Notes: a model not told the origin generated them from the letters alone. 35,694 nucleotides of DNA from Octopus bimaculoides (GCF_001194135.2 NC_068981.1:138743002-138778695), one strand, 5' to 3'. Positions 24,244 to 35,694 are shown, counted from the first letter of the stretch. Program-made: numbers and translations.

Positions 24244-24483
24244 CAGTAATTCCTCGACTATCGCGGATGTTACGTTCCAAATTACCACCCACCTGCGATA
24301 GGTGAAAATCCGCGAAGTAGAAACAGTACTGTACTGTATATGTAATTTTTTAAATAATTTTTTAAATTTGTATATATTTATTTTATTATAATAAATGCAA
24401 AACAACACCACGGAGGAATCGACGTAAGCTTAAATAATAAACCGTGATAGGTGATATATAATATCCCTCGCCATATCGCGGTT
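24244..24483. mobile_element. Tigger/pogo-like MITE whose right terminus is in the wrong orientation
   Basis: TA-CAGTAATTCCTCGACTATCGCGG left end, internal gcgataggtga repeats. The terminus-like segment at 24461-24483 is a direct, not inverted, copy of the left end. Confidence 0.65.
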
Positions 24484-24496
24484 ATATATATATATA

Positions 24497-24610
24497 TCAT
24501 CATCATCATCATCATCATCGTCGTCGTCGTCGTCGTTTAACGTCGTTTAACGTCGTTTAACGTCCGCTTTCCATGCTAGCATGGGTTGGACGATTTGACT
24601 GTGGACTGGT
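24497..24610 (-). mobile_element. 3' end of a retroposon, probably RTE-related, with a (GAT)n/(GAC)n tail
   Basis: Minus strand ends ...catggaaagcggacgttaaacgacg-(gat)n, with cgtcgtttaa x3 at 24531-24560. Truncated by a gap. Confidence 0.55.
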
Positions 24611-25200
24611 ATATATNNNNNNNNNNNNNNNNNNNNNNNNNNNNNNNNNNNNNNNNNNNNNNNNNNNNNNNNNNNNNNNNNNNNNNNNNNNNNNNNNNNN
24701 NNNNNNNNNNNNNNNNNNNNNNNNNNNNNNNNNNNNNNNNNNNNNNNNNNNNNNNNNNNNNNNNNNNNNNNNNNNNNNNNNNNNNNNNNNNNNNNNNNNN
24801 NNNNNNNNNNNNNNNNNNNNNNNNNNNNNNNNNNNNNNNNNNNNNNNNNNNNNNNNNNNNNNNNNNNNNNNNNNNNNNNNNNNNNNNNNNNNNNNNNNNN
24901 NNNNNNNNNNNNNNNNNNNNNNNNNNNNNNNNNNNNNNNNNNNNNNNNNNNNNNNNNNNNNNNNNNNNNNNNNNNNNNNNNNNNNNNNNNNNNNNNNNNN
25001 NNNNNNNNNNNNNNNNNNNNNNNNNNNNNNNNNNNNNNNNNNNNNNNNNNNNNNNNNNNNNNNNNNNNNNNNNNNNNNNNNNNNNNNNNNNNNNNNNNNN
25101 NNNNNNNNNNNNNNNNNNNNNNNNNNNNNNNNNNNCCTTTTTGAAGATACTTTGAAGATATTGATGATGTAGACGCAGGCATTGTCGATCGCTTTGCGGC

Positions 25201-25628
25201 CTGGTGGTTTCGGTTTCAGTCCCTCTGCGCGGCACCTTAGGCAAGAGTCTTCTACGATTGTTTCGGGCTGATCAATGCTTTGTGAGGGAATTAGTAGGTG
25301 GAAACTTTATGGAAACCCATCGTATAAATATGTCTGTGTGTGTGCCCGCGCGCACGTGTTTGTGTGTGTCTGTGTCTGTGTCTGTGTGTCTGTGTGTGTG
25401 TTCGTGTATCTTTGTGTTTGTCCTCCCCTACCATCCACCGCTTGACGATTGGTGTTCGTTTGCTGATATCCCCGTAACTTAGCGGTTCGGCAAAAGACAC
25501 TAGAATAGATATCAGATTAAAGATAAGTACTGGAGTCGATTTGTACGAAACCCTTCAAAATGCTATCCTAGCATGGATTGCGGCCATGTTGGGACACCGT
25601 GACGGAAACAAATCAGAGATAAAATAAA
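25201..25628 (+). mobile_element. SINE family D, diverged
   Basis: ggtttcagtccctctgcgcggcaccttaggcaag...cccgtaacttagcggttcggcaaaag homology. Confidence 0.8.
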
Positions 25629-25920
25629 GGTGAGTGAGCCTTTCCATTTTAAAGATAGTACTGTGATATTTGGCAAAGATATAGCTTTTATTTTTACCAG
25701 GTAAAGTGACTACATAGACGTTACTATTGTTGTATAGGTTTAAGTCAGCCTTAATTTAATAAATCTATGGAAAAAGGCTTTCCAATTGTGACAACCCCGA
25801 CTTTCGTTTTCAGATTTAGTGGATCTAGAACTACATTATCAATCCAATGTGTAAGGTTTAAAGTTGGTAGGGTGTGATTTAAGATATTTTATGAACAGAA
25901 GAAAAAAATGCCCATTCCTC

Positions 25921-26060
25921 CGTGATCGACTTTGACTGTCATCCTTCTACAAGATAAAATAAGTACCAGTGAAGTATCAGGATCGATGTAATTGACTTGA
26001 CCCCTCCCCTTCAAAATTGCAGGTCAGTACCAGAATTAGAAAGAAATGTATTTATTATTT
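25921..26060 (+). mobile_element. SINE family E, old 3' fragment
   Basis: gatcgactttg...ataaaataagtaccagt...gatcgatgtaattgact matches family E. Confidence 0.6.
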
Positions 26061-26798
26061 CAGGGTTGAAGAAGCGCTACATAGTTACTCCTAATTTCAG
26101 ATGTCTAAATAAATGCATGCAAAAGAGAAACTTAGAGCATGCACGGAGAAAACCAGAAATCGGTTTAAAATAAAAACGTCGTGAGTTGAGGTGCGTTGCA
26201 TTGAGGAACAAGGCACTCCATTTCACGTTGTCCAAATCTGTAAATGAGTACCAACCTGTTCCAAGTCTCTTTCATTCAGGCTGTCACATTGTGGTAGTGC
26301 CACCCAGTGAAGGATGAAAGAGCTGAGAGGGTGACTACGCTCGCGACTACAATTAGGGTAAGAGTGATACATGCAACCAAGTCATACATACTGTTCCTAT
26401 GGAAACAGATAGTTACTGCTTCCGGTATGTCGGTAATGAAGGCTTCCGATTCGTAAACATTTCATAACTCTAAAAGCTTGTAACTTTTTTTGCTATTTTC
26501 TAGAGAAAATTAACGTGAATTTCGTCATCAGTATTCAAAACTACATCAGTGTAGTAAATTTGAAAGAGATCATACCGTGGAAAGAAATTTAATAAACTTT
26601 CTCTCTATCTCTATCTCTCACTCTCTCTCTCTTTTTCTTTCTCTCTTCCTCTCTCTNNNNNNNNNNNNNNNNNNNNNNNNNNNNNNNNNNNNNNNNNNNN
26701 NNNNNNNNNNNNNNNNNNNNNNNNNNNNNNNNNNNNNNNNNNNNNNNNNNNNNNNNNNNNNNNNNNNNNNNNNCTCTCTCTCTCTCTCTCTCTCTCTG

Positions 26799-26836
<38 letters not shown>

Positions 26837-26930
26837 TAAACTTCATTCCCTTTGCTTTGTCGGATACGTAGAGTGTTCGTTTTTGGTGAGGTGAGAATTC
26901 TGTTTATCTATATATGTTTTTTTGAACAAT

Positions 26931-26992
26931 ACTATGCTGATGAGCGAAATCTAGATTCATTCTAGTAATCTCGAAATCGGTCGATACATAGT
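26931..26992 (+). ncRNA. Type I hammerhead motif with intact core and damaged stem I, within a fragment of about 280 bp flanked by (TA)n
   Basis: CTGATGA 26937-26943, G26944-C26972 closing pair, hairpin CTAGA/TCTAG in stem II, GAAA 26973-26976, ATCGGT stem III, GUC triplet 26980-26982. ACTATG/CATAGT pair only if 4 nt are looped out. Confidence 0.65.
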
Positions 26993-28563
26993 TGAGTTAT
27001 TTAAAAGAAAGTTGGTCTTCTTCTGTTGGTTGTTTTCCTCGCATTCGGTACTAAATGTGTTTATTTTGGGAAGTCCAGTGTGTGGCATTATTCTGTAATA
27101 ATACCCCTTATATATATATATATATACATGTAAGCACACACATATATGCATACATACATATATATGTACATACACACATATATACAAAAAACATGCATGC
27201 ATACAAATATATACATATATGTAAGCATAAATATATAGATATATACATACATACTTACAAACATATGTACATGTGTGTGTGTTTGTGCTTGTGTGCGTGT
27301 GCGTGTGTGTGTGTGTGNNNNNNNNNNNNNNNNNNNNNNNNNNNNNNNNNNNNNNNNNNNNNNNNNNNNNNNNNNNNNNNNNNNNNNNNNNNNNNNNNNN
27401 NNNNNNNNNNNNNNNNNNNNNNNNNNNNNNNNNNNNNNNNNNNNNNNNNNNNNNNNNNNNNNNNNNNNNNNNNNNNNNNNNNNNNNNNNNNNNNNNNNNN
27501 NNNNNNNNNNNNNNNNNNNNNNNNNNNNNNNNNNNNNNNNNNNNNNNNNNNNNNNNNNNNNNNNNNNNNNNNNNNNNNNNNNNNNNNNNNNNNNNNNNNN
27601 NNNNNNNNNNNNNNNNNNNNNNNNNNNNNNNNNNNNNNNNNNNNNNNNNNNNNNNNNNNNNNNNNNNNNNNNNNNNNNNNNNNNNNNNNNNNNNNNNNNN
27701 NNNNNNNNNNNNNNNNNNNNNNNNNNNNNNNNNNNNNNNNNNNNNNNNNNNNNNNNNNNNNNNNNNNNNNNNNNNNNNNNNNNNNNNNNNNNNNNNNNNN
27801 NNNNNNNNNNNNNNNNNNNNNNNNNNNNNNNNNNNNNNNNNNNNNNNNNNNNNNNNNNNNNNNNNNNNNNNNNNNNNNNNNNNNNNNNNNNNNNNNNNNN
27901 NNNNNNNNNNNNNNNNNNNNNNNNNNNNNNNNNNNNNNNNNNNNNNNNNNNNNNNNNNNNNNNNNNNNNNNNNNNNNNNNNNNNNNNNNNNNNNNNNNNN
28001 NNNNNNNNNNNNNNNNNNNNNNNNNNNNNNNNNNNNNNNNNNNNNNNNNNNNNNNNNNNNNNNNNNNNNNNNNNNNNNNNNNNNNNNNNNNNNNNNNNNN
28101 NNNNNNNNNNNNNNNNNNNNNNNNNNNNNNNNNNNNNNNNNNNNNNNNNNNNNNNNNNNNNNNNNNNNNNNNNNNNNNNNNNNNNNNNNNNNNNNNNNNN
28201 NNNNNNNNNNNNNNNNNNNNNNNNNNNNNNNNNNNNNNNNNNNNNNNNNNNNNNNNNNNNNNNNNNNNNNNNNNNNNNNNNATATATATATGCATGTGAA
28301 TTCGTGTGCGGGCAAGGGTCTGTTTTATTTCTGGGTTTTTTTTATGTACATTATATATATGTATATGTGTGTATATATGTATGTATATCCCATATATGAT
28401 TGATTGACGCCTTCGGCCGCTACTTTTATCAACCAGTCAACACACATTTAACTTCAGATTCTTTACATTTATTTCTCGTTTATTTCTTTGTTTCTTTTGC
28501 TCGTTTTCCTCCTGCTCACTTGGCAAGAAACTCTACTCCTTGTCACGGAAGGTGATTCTACGT

Positions 28564-28640
28564 CAAGGGGCCACAAACTTTTTTGACCATCAACCCCTTA
28601 ATGGTTCCTCATCGACCCCCAAGCATGTATAAAATATATA
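28564..28640 (+). mobile_element. Possible hAT/Charlie-like left terminus
   Basis: caaggggccacaaacttttttgacc resembles CAGGGGTCCCCAAACTTTT-type ends. No partner end or TSD found. Confidence 0.3.
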
Positions 28641-28989
28641 GAATAAATATGTAAAATTAATATGAATAATTCTTACGAAAAATAATAGCAAAAAAAAACA
28701 CTCTATAAATCACATAGGTAATGTTAAACACATTAAAATAAATAACTATGCATTTTTTTTATTGAATTATTTAGCATCATTAATGGGGTGATGTGTTTGA
28801 TGTGTCTTTGTAAGGGCTTTGATATTCGGTTGAAGATTGGTGAGTTTTAGTCATAAGTCAGAAAGTTGCCCTTGTTCATACTGTTTCTGCATTTTAGTAG
28901 TATAAACCACTTTAACCATGTACGAACTGGAAATACGAATGACTCAATTGCAGTACTGGGTCCTTTGGTAGTGTTACCTACAAAAAAAG

Positions 28990-29283
28990 TGGTGAAGTGC
29001 TTAAGGTATTCAGCTCTCGATCGTAAGGTCGTGAGTTCGATACACTCGGCGATGCGTTGTACCTTTGAGCAAGACACTTTATTTCACGTTTCTCCAGTCA
29101 ACTCAGCTGGCGAAAATGAATTGTCCTGGCATTTCAAAAGCCCTTTTTTGTCATGTTCTGAGAACCACGTTAAGAGTGCACGTGTTTGTAGAGTGCTCAG
29201 CCTCTCGTACATTAATTTCACAAGAAGGCTAGTCCATTGATCGAACCTACTGGAACCCGCGTCGTCGTAATCAACCGAGTACC
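28990..29283 (+). mobile_element. SINE family B, diverged
   Basis: gtcgtgagttcgatac...ctttgagcaagacactttatttcacg head, then a body similar to family A (aaccacgttaagagtgcacgtg...actggaaccc). Confidence 0.75.
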
Positions 29284-29319
29284 GGTATATTCTTACAATT
29301 TTTTTAGCATTACTTATAT

Positions 29320-29500
29320 TGTTTAAGGGTATAGGCTTTGTCGAGTTGTGAATTTAAATCACACTGACATAAATTTCACTTTTCATCTGTTGGGTGTCTA
29401 TAAAGTAAAGTACCGTCCATATACTAGCGTCAATACAACCGATTGGTCCCCTTTCTCCCACCCGAAGTTGTGGCCTTGCGTCTAAGAAATAATTATTATA
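29320..29500 (+). mobile_element. SINE family E, very old copy
   Basis: Patchy similarity (ttttcatc...taaagtaaagtacc...tggccttg). Confidence 0.4.
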
Positions 29501-29708
29501 TTGCTTCAATTGTAAAAAACGATTTAGCTTAGATACTGACACACACTCATATATTCTTGTATGACTCAATGTCTCCGTTTCCAAATTGAACGAAGTAAAT
29601 AATCCAGTAAGATGAATAATACTTATGTAAAATAATAGGGAAAAAAACAAAAACACTCCGTATTTAGAGATCATGGTCGACGAAGGATCAATTTCTTCAT
29701 TGCTATGT

Positions 29709-29748
<40 letters not shown>

Positions 29749-29794
29749 TGTATATATGTGCGTGTGTTTATGTGCGTATGTATATCACTTGTGT

Positions 29795-30180
29795 GGAGGC
29801 GCAATGGCCCAGTGGTTAGGGCAGCGGACTCGCAGTCATAGGATCGCGGTTTCGATTCCCAGACTGGGCGTTGTGAGTGTTTATTGAGCGAAAACACCTA
29901 AAGCTCCACGAGGCTCCGGCAGGGGATGGTGGCGAACCGCGCTGTACTCTTTCACCACAACTTTCTCTCACTCTTACTTCCTGTTTCTGTTGTGCCTGTA
30001 ATTCAAAGGGTCAGCCTTATCACACTGTGTCACGCTGAATATCCCCGAGAACTACGTTAAGGGTACACGTGTCTGTGGAGTGTTCAGCCACTTGCACGTT
30101 AATTTCACGAGCAGGTTATTCCGTTGATCGGATCAACTGGAACCCTCGACATTGTAAGCGACGGAGTGCCAACAACAACA
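29795..30180 (+). mobile_element. tRNA-derived SINE, family A, full length
   Basis: ggaggcgcaatggcccagtggttagg head and (AAC)n tail. 10-bp TSD tatcacttgt at 29783-29792 and 30182-30191. Confidence 0.95.
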
Positions 30181-31172
30181 CTATCACTTGTCGAAGTTGT
30201 TGTGGTATCGAACCCGAAAACACGTTTGCCGAGTGAAATCCATAACTACATGGCTATGTTCATGCCTGTAACAAGTTTCTGTTTTGTTAATAAATGCAGT
30301 AGTTGTTATTTGGATTGATGAATGAGAGCTTTTTTATATATCACCATTACATGACGCTTTTTAAGGTCACAGTTCGTAAAAGTAGCACTGGTCTGACGTG
30401 AGGTGTATAGGCTGTGTAAGTATTGATGACGCATATGTGCGAAGGGTTATCAAAGTATGAAGCGGATTGTCATTAGCTTCGAAGTGTGCTTGATGCTTGT
30501 ATGTATGTATGCATGCCTGTATTGGTGTGTATGTCTGTGAGTGTGCAAGTGGTTGTGTATGTGTGTGTGTGATAAGTGTGTGTGGTTAAATATATCAGCA
30601 AGTTGATCATTATTGTACTTAAAGGAACAACGTGGAGATTGCAGTAGAAATCTTATGTAGATCCAGGTTCATAGCATTTGAATGGGTCGAAGCCCCATCG
30701 ACAACACTAGTTGCAATAAAGGCGTTTTACAGAATACATCTGACCAAAATGTGCTTTGGTCAAAAGATTGAAGGCTGGGCAGTTTTGCTAGGAAGATCAT
30801 GGCAAAAGTAATAGCATCACTTTCGTACAATGTATCCATGAGAACAAATGACCATTGGTATTTGATGAAGGAAACTGGTGCACAGTGAGTTTGGCTCTTA
30901 CTAAGAAAAAGAACGTAACATGAAAAAGTAGGCCATTATTTATAAGAGCTAATCTTTATCTAGATGTTGTAAAAGAATAAAAATAAAAAGACAGGTAGAC
31001 AGCAAAATTCTGTCAATCATAATTATTTCCATAAATTCGGAAATTAACTACTTTTAACGGAGATAGAAAGAGATAAGAGGGAGAGATTCAGATGTTACCA
31101 GTTATCAACGGAAGATGAAGAGTGTGCTTGATACATTAATTAGGACATACTCTTTATTTCTCATCTATTATC

Positions 31173-31218
31173 TTCTTGCGACTCGAGTTTTCACCTTAGT
31201 ACGATCATCAGGCGAAAA
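31173..31218 (-). ncRNA. Minimal type I hammerhead-like motif
   Basis: Minus strand: ttttcgc-CTGATGA-tcgtactaaggt-GAAA-ACTCGAGT-C-gcaagaa. Stem I pairs at 6 of 7 positions, the 8-nt palindrome is perfect, and the triplet is GUC. There is one extra A and no stem II closing pair. Confidence 0.6.
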
Positions 31219-31440
31219 TTGAATTCTATCGGGTTAGTTATATATAGTTTGTGGTAGGCTAATTTTCTTGTCTATTGATATAATTTTCATTGTCTACTTT
31301 CCGATGCTACTTTGCTAAAACAGTATCTGCGTTCAAGTTTCAATTTCTAATTTTACTATTGTCTATCTGTATATCGTTTTCAAATCCTGTTTTCAAACGC
31401 TTGTTTTTCCTGGAATTGTTCATATATATACATACATATA

Positions 31441-32289
31441 CAGAGCGCGATGAGTAAATGGTCACCATTTTAAAATTTAAATTTGTTTGTTTTTTATTTA
31501 GTCGACTCCACAGCATAGTAGGGTCAGTTGGGCACCGTCTGTGAGAAAAACGATACCATGACGCAATTCAGTCAGCTAGAAATTCGAAAACGACATGCTG
31601 TACTGCTCGGCATTCGCACCGGAATTTCCAATACGAATACCTCAGAGCGTTTGGGTGTCAATCTGAGAACAGTGCAACCGAAGGACATGTACCGAGAGTC
31701 ATAAAAATAAAACATCCAGTTAACATCATAGTGTTTGGAGTGATCACTAGTGATGGTGACATTATGCCTCCATTCATCTTCCCACACTGCCTCAGACTCA
31801 ACACGGATAACTACATCAAGTGCCTGGAAGAGGTAGTGCTGGAAGCCCCTATGTCTGGCAACAGGACTCTGCACCATGCCACACAAGCAGGAGAACCCAG
31901 TCATGGCTGTCAGATAATTTCTGCGACCACATCATCCCTAACATCTGACCACTTAATTCTCCAGACTGCAACCCCTTTATCATTATGTGTGGGGCGCAGT
32001 TGAATGAGAGACCAACAAAAATTCCTCGTAACTCCAAAGATGAACTGAAGGCAAATATTATGGCAGCATTCACCAACTTAAACAAGGAAACCGTCCAGAA
32101 GAGTTGCAGAAAATTATGAAGTCGTCTGGAGGCCTTGGTTAAAGCCAATGGCGATTTTATTGAATAAATTTACTCATTAGTATTTCAAAATATTTTAATG
32201 TAATTTTGGTAGATGTATCTGTTAAAATAAGATGTCAGTATTATTTTAATTTTGCGTAATTTAGACGACAGTTTATTCACCGCACCCTG
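31441..32289 (+). mobile_element. Internally deleted DD37D (maT-family) Tc1/mariner transposon
   Basis: Imperfect TIRs CAGAGCGCGATGAGTAAATGGTC and (reverse complement) CAGGGTGCGGTGAATAAACTGTC, with TA on both sides. Transposase remnants: ATG 31558 MTQFSQLEIRKRHAVLLGIR; KHPVNIIVFGVITSDGDIMPPFIF; WQQDSAPCH...PNI*PLNSPDCNPF. The third Asp is lost to a 1-nt deletion; restoring it gives 37 residues after the second. Confidence 0.92.
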
Positions 32290-32634
32290 TATATATGCCC
32301 CCAATGCATGCAATCATGGGAAATGAATGTAANNNNNNNNNNNNNNNNNNNNNNNNNNNNNNNNNNNNNNNNNNNNNNNNNNNNNNNNNNNNNNNNNNNN
32401 NNNNNNNNNNNNNNNNNNNNNNNNNNNNNNNNNNNNNNNNNNNNNNNNNNNNNNNNNNNNNNNNNNNNNNNNNNNNNNNNNNNNNNNNNNNNNNNNNNNN
32501 NNNNNNNNNNNNNNNNNNNNNNNNNNNNNNNNNNNNNNNNNNNNNNNNNNNNNNNNNNNNNNNNNNNNNNNNNNNNNNNNNNNNNNNNNNNNNNNNNNNN
32601 NNNNNNNNNNNNNNNNNNNNNNNNNNNNNNNNNN

Positions 32635-32666
<32 letters not shown>

Positions 32667-33727
32667 TGTTTTTATGTATGTATGTATGCATGCATGTATG
32701 TATGTATGTATGTATATATGTATGTAAACACACACATATACTCCTCAATTTCACGTAATCTCACCATGTCATTTTCCATCAATCTACCTCGTTATTCTGT
32801 TGCTAATTTTATCACTACTCTACTGTAGAGATTTCTTTTCTAACCAATCGTTACGTGTTTGTACCACGAGACCATTTTTCCCTATAAAAAAAAATTATCC
32901 ACCCCTACTGAGTCGATATAGCCAGATGCCAAATTCCAACCCGTACCATTTGTTTGTAGTTATTGTTGTTATTGAAGGTAGTATTATGCTTATTTTTATT
33001 TTCTAATAAAGGACAGCTGCTTTTGAAATAGGCCCTTTATAGCTAATTGTTGCGACCTAATCTTCTGCTCAAAATGCCTGTCACCAAAACCTACGTCAAG
33101 AGAGGCAAATGTCTCCGGCTCATACATACCGAGGAACAAAGGAAAATAACCCGAGTTGTGTTTCGCCCACCAAACGGGAGACGGAAACCTGCACTGGATA
33201 GGAGCAGTGTATATTAATGCGTGTGTATGTGCGTATATTGTGTCTGCGTATGTTTATATATATATATATATAAAACATATATATATATATATATATATAT
33301 ATANNNNNNNNNNNNNNNNNNNNNNNNNNNNNNNNNNNNNNNNNNNNNNNNNNNNNNNNNNNNNNNNNNNNNNNNNNNNNNNNNNNNNNNNNNNNNNNNN
33401 NNNNNNNNNNNNNNNNNNNNNNNNNNNNNNNNNNNNNNNNNNNNNNNNNNNNNNNNNNNNNNNNNNNNNNNNNNNNNNNNNNNNNNNNNNNNNNNNNNNN
33501 NNNNNNNNNNNNNNNNNNNNNNNNNNNNNNNNNNNNNNNNNNNNNNNNNNNNNNNNNNNNNNNNNNNNNNNNNNNNNNNNNNNNNNNNNNNNNNNNNNNN
33601 NNNNNNNNNNNNNNNNNNNNNNNNNNNNNNNNNNNNNNNNNNNNNNNNNNNNNNNNNNNNNNNNNNNNNNNNNNNNNNNNNNNNNNNNNNNNNNNNNNNN
33701 NNNNNNNNNNNNNNNNNNNNNNNNNNN

Positions 33728-33774
<47 letters not shown>

Positions 33775-33879
33775 TACACATAAACATGCACACATACAAA
33801 CACCCACACACACGCTCAAACACACACACACAAACACACACACACACATGCACACATACACACACACACATATATATAT

Positions 33880-34757
33880 ATTGTCTAGCTTTGTTTTGAT
33901 AGCATCCTTTATTGAGTTAAATACTTTTATTCTCTTTGATATTTCAGCATCAATTTTTCAGTGCATAATCACTGTGTTGCCGAAGTAGACGTACCTTCTC
34001 GATTTCATTGCTTTCCACCTCTATTCGCCTTTGAGCTACGTTATCCGACAGCATATAGTTTGTTTGTATGTGGCTCATTTTATGATCTACTGCTAAGCTT
34101 TGAGTGTCCATTTTTGTCAGCATAATCTCCAGCTGGTCTGTTTTCAACGGTAAGTACAACGTTATCTGAAAATGGAGGCGGAGTGTTTCTTGCTCAACAC
34201 TGATGTTCTCGCTACCTGTGCAGTCAATGTCTTTTATGACTATTTCTAGACATGTGGTAAAGAGCTTCGAAGAGATGGTATCTCCTTGCTTGACACCGTT
34301 CTCAATTGGGACCTTTAATGGTGATGATGGCAGAGCTATATCTGTTGTGCCTCCAGAGTTGTCATCTCTGAGCATTTTGATACATTACGCCTCGACATTT
34401 TGCATTTCCAGAGATTTCAACACTGCGTTCATCTTGACGCTATCAAAGGCCTTTTCGTAATCAACAAATACAATACACACGCGAAACTTGTATTCGTTCG
34501 GTCACTGTATGAGCTGTGTTACAATGAATATGTGATCTATCGTACTATAGTTCTAACAGAAACCTACTTGCTCTTTCGGTTGTTGGTCGTCGAGGTGTTT
34601 TGATGGTATGTTGACCATGACTTTTGTAAACAGTTTATAGAGGTGAGACAAGAGGTATATGGGGCGATAGTTTTTATAGATATTTTTTATTACCCTTCTT
34701 AAGAAGCAGGATAGTATGACTCTTTCCACGGTGAAGGTATTTTACCCTCTTTCAGAT
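33880..34757 (-). mobile_element. RTE-clade LINE reverse transcriptase segment, inverted
   Basis: YLKEGKIPSPWKES, KNYRPIYLLSHLYKLFTK, VFVDYEKAFDSV, GVKQGDTISSKLF, frameshifted FADN, ending FNSIKDAIKTKLDN. Confidence 0.93.
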
Positions 34758-35245
34758 AGCTAGACAATACCATGCGCGCCAGATTCATCAATAGCACCGT
34801 CCTACCTGCGCTCTTATACGCAAGTAAGACGTGGGCTACTACGGAGAGAATAGAACATCGATTTGCTACGACACAAAGGACAATGATGGAAAGATCCATG
34901 CTAGGAATATCCTCATCAGAGCATATTCGAAATGAAATCATTCGAGAACCGAGCGGTGTGAATGATGTGATCACAAAGTACCAAAAGCAAAAGTGCTGCT
35001 GGGCGGGAAAATTCGCAATGTTCACACACAACAAGTTGACCCGTGCAGTTGCCGTGTGATATCCAAAAGATTGGGAAATACCGTTTGTAAGGCCTTCACA
35101 ACGATGGAAGACCTAGTTAAGTTCTAGTTAAGCAGTTTGGGTCAAGATGGTAAAGAATGGTGCAATCAAAACAGAACTGGAAGCGCATTGTATTCAGCGG
35201 CGTATGACGGGACCTGATTGTTTGATCAATACTGTGATACTGCGA
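34758..35245 (+). mobile_element. RTE-clade LINE 3' segment, sense orientation, with a short repeat tail
   Basis: LDNTMRARFINSTVLPALLYASKTW...MERSMLGIS...IRNEIIR...WAGK...RPSQRW; tail atactgtgatactgcg. Confidence 0.92.
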
Positions 35246-35435
35246 TATATGTATATGTGTATTATGTATGCATAATAAAATATAATGAACTAGAAACAAA
35301 CGGTCATCCGAAAATAGAAACATGGTTATAAACCGACTTTTTCTATCGAAAAGGATTTTTCATCCAATATTTACATACCATCATTTCTAACTTTATCTGC
35401 TTTGAGTTCAACCGTTATAAACGAATCATTTAATC

Positions 35436-35467
<32 letters not shown>

Positions 35468-35477
35468 TATATATATA

Positions 35478-35694
35478 ATTTAGAGAAAAACCACCATTAA
35501 ACAATTCAATAATGAAGAATGTAATTCATACCCTCCAGAAAATAAATATATCATAAAAAGTTATTCTAAAAATCAATAAATTGCATAAAAGAATAACTTT
35601 TAAATGGTAAATGGTATAAAAATGACTACGCGTGTTTCGTGGCTACATTTTCAAATAGATAACTAATAAATCAAATTCGATTAATAATTTATAT
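35478..35694 (-). mobile_element. Probable Penelope-like terminal fragment with the 3' half of a hammerhead
   Basis: Minus strand gccacGAAACACGCGTAgtc at 35624-35643, next to (TA)n. The 5' half would lie beyond the window end. Confidence 0.35.

Noticed and set aside
26490-26540. Minus-strand CTGATGA...GAAA
   Set aside because: No stem I, II or III pairing; more likely part of an old DNA-element remnant.
33140-33200. Minus-strand GGCGAAACACAACTC resembling a hammerhead 3' half
   Set aside because: No CTGANGA upstream and no palindromic stem III.

Overview
AT-rich, microsatellite-dense eukaryotic DNA from a gapped draft assembly: ten large N gaps, nearly all bordered by simple repeats, plus three tiny gaps flanked by duplicated sequence. 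I infer a cephalopod, probably Octopus, from the repeat families; this is recognition, not a database result. I found no host gene, rRNA, tRNA gene or CRISPR array, and almost all listed ORFs are microsatellite or N read-throughs. The window is a mosaic of decayed mobile elements: four families of tRNA-headed SINEs (three copies with clear target-site duplications), two RTE-clade LINE fragments, an R4/Dong-type LINE 3' end, a DD37D (maT) element, a mariner 5' fragment, hAT and Tigger-like MITEs, and a long-TIR MITE carrying TTAGGG repeats. The ORF track misses the most notable signal: several type I hammerhead-ribozyme-like motifs with GUH cleavage triplets and palindromic or near-palindromic stem III. 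Two of them sit back to back in a 374-bp inverted repeat at 4611-4984. The RTE copy at 33880-35245 shows a clean twin-priming-style 5' inversion. All structures were folded and aligned by eye.
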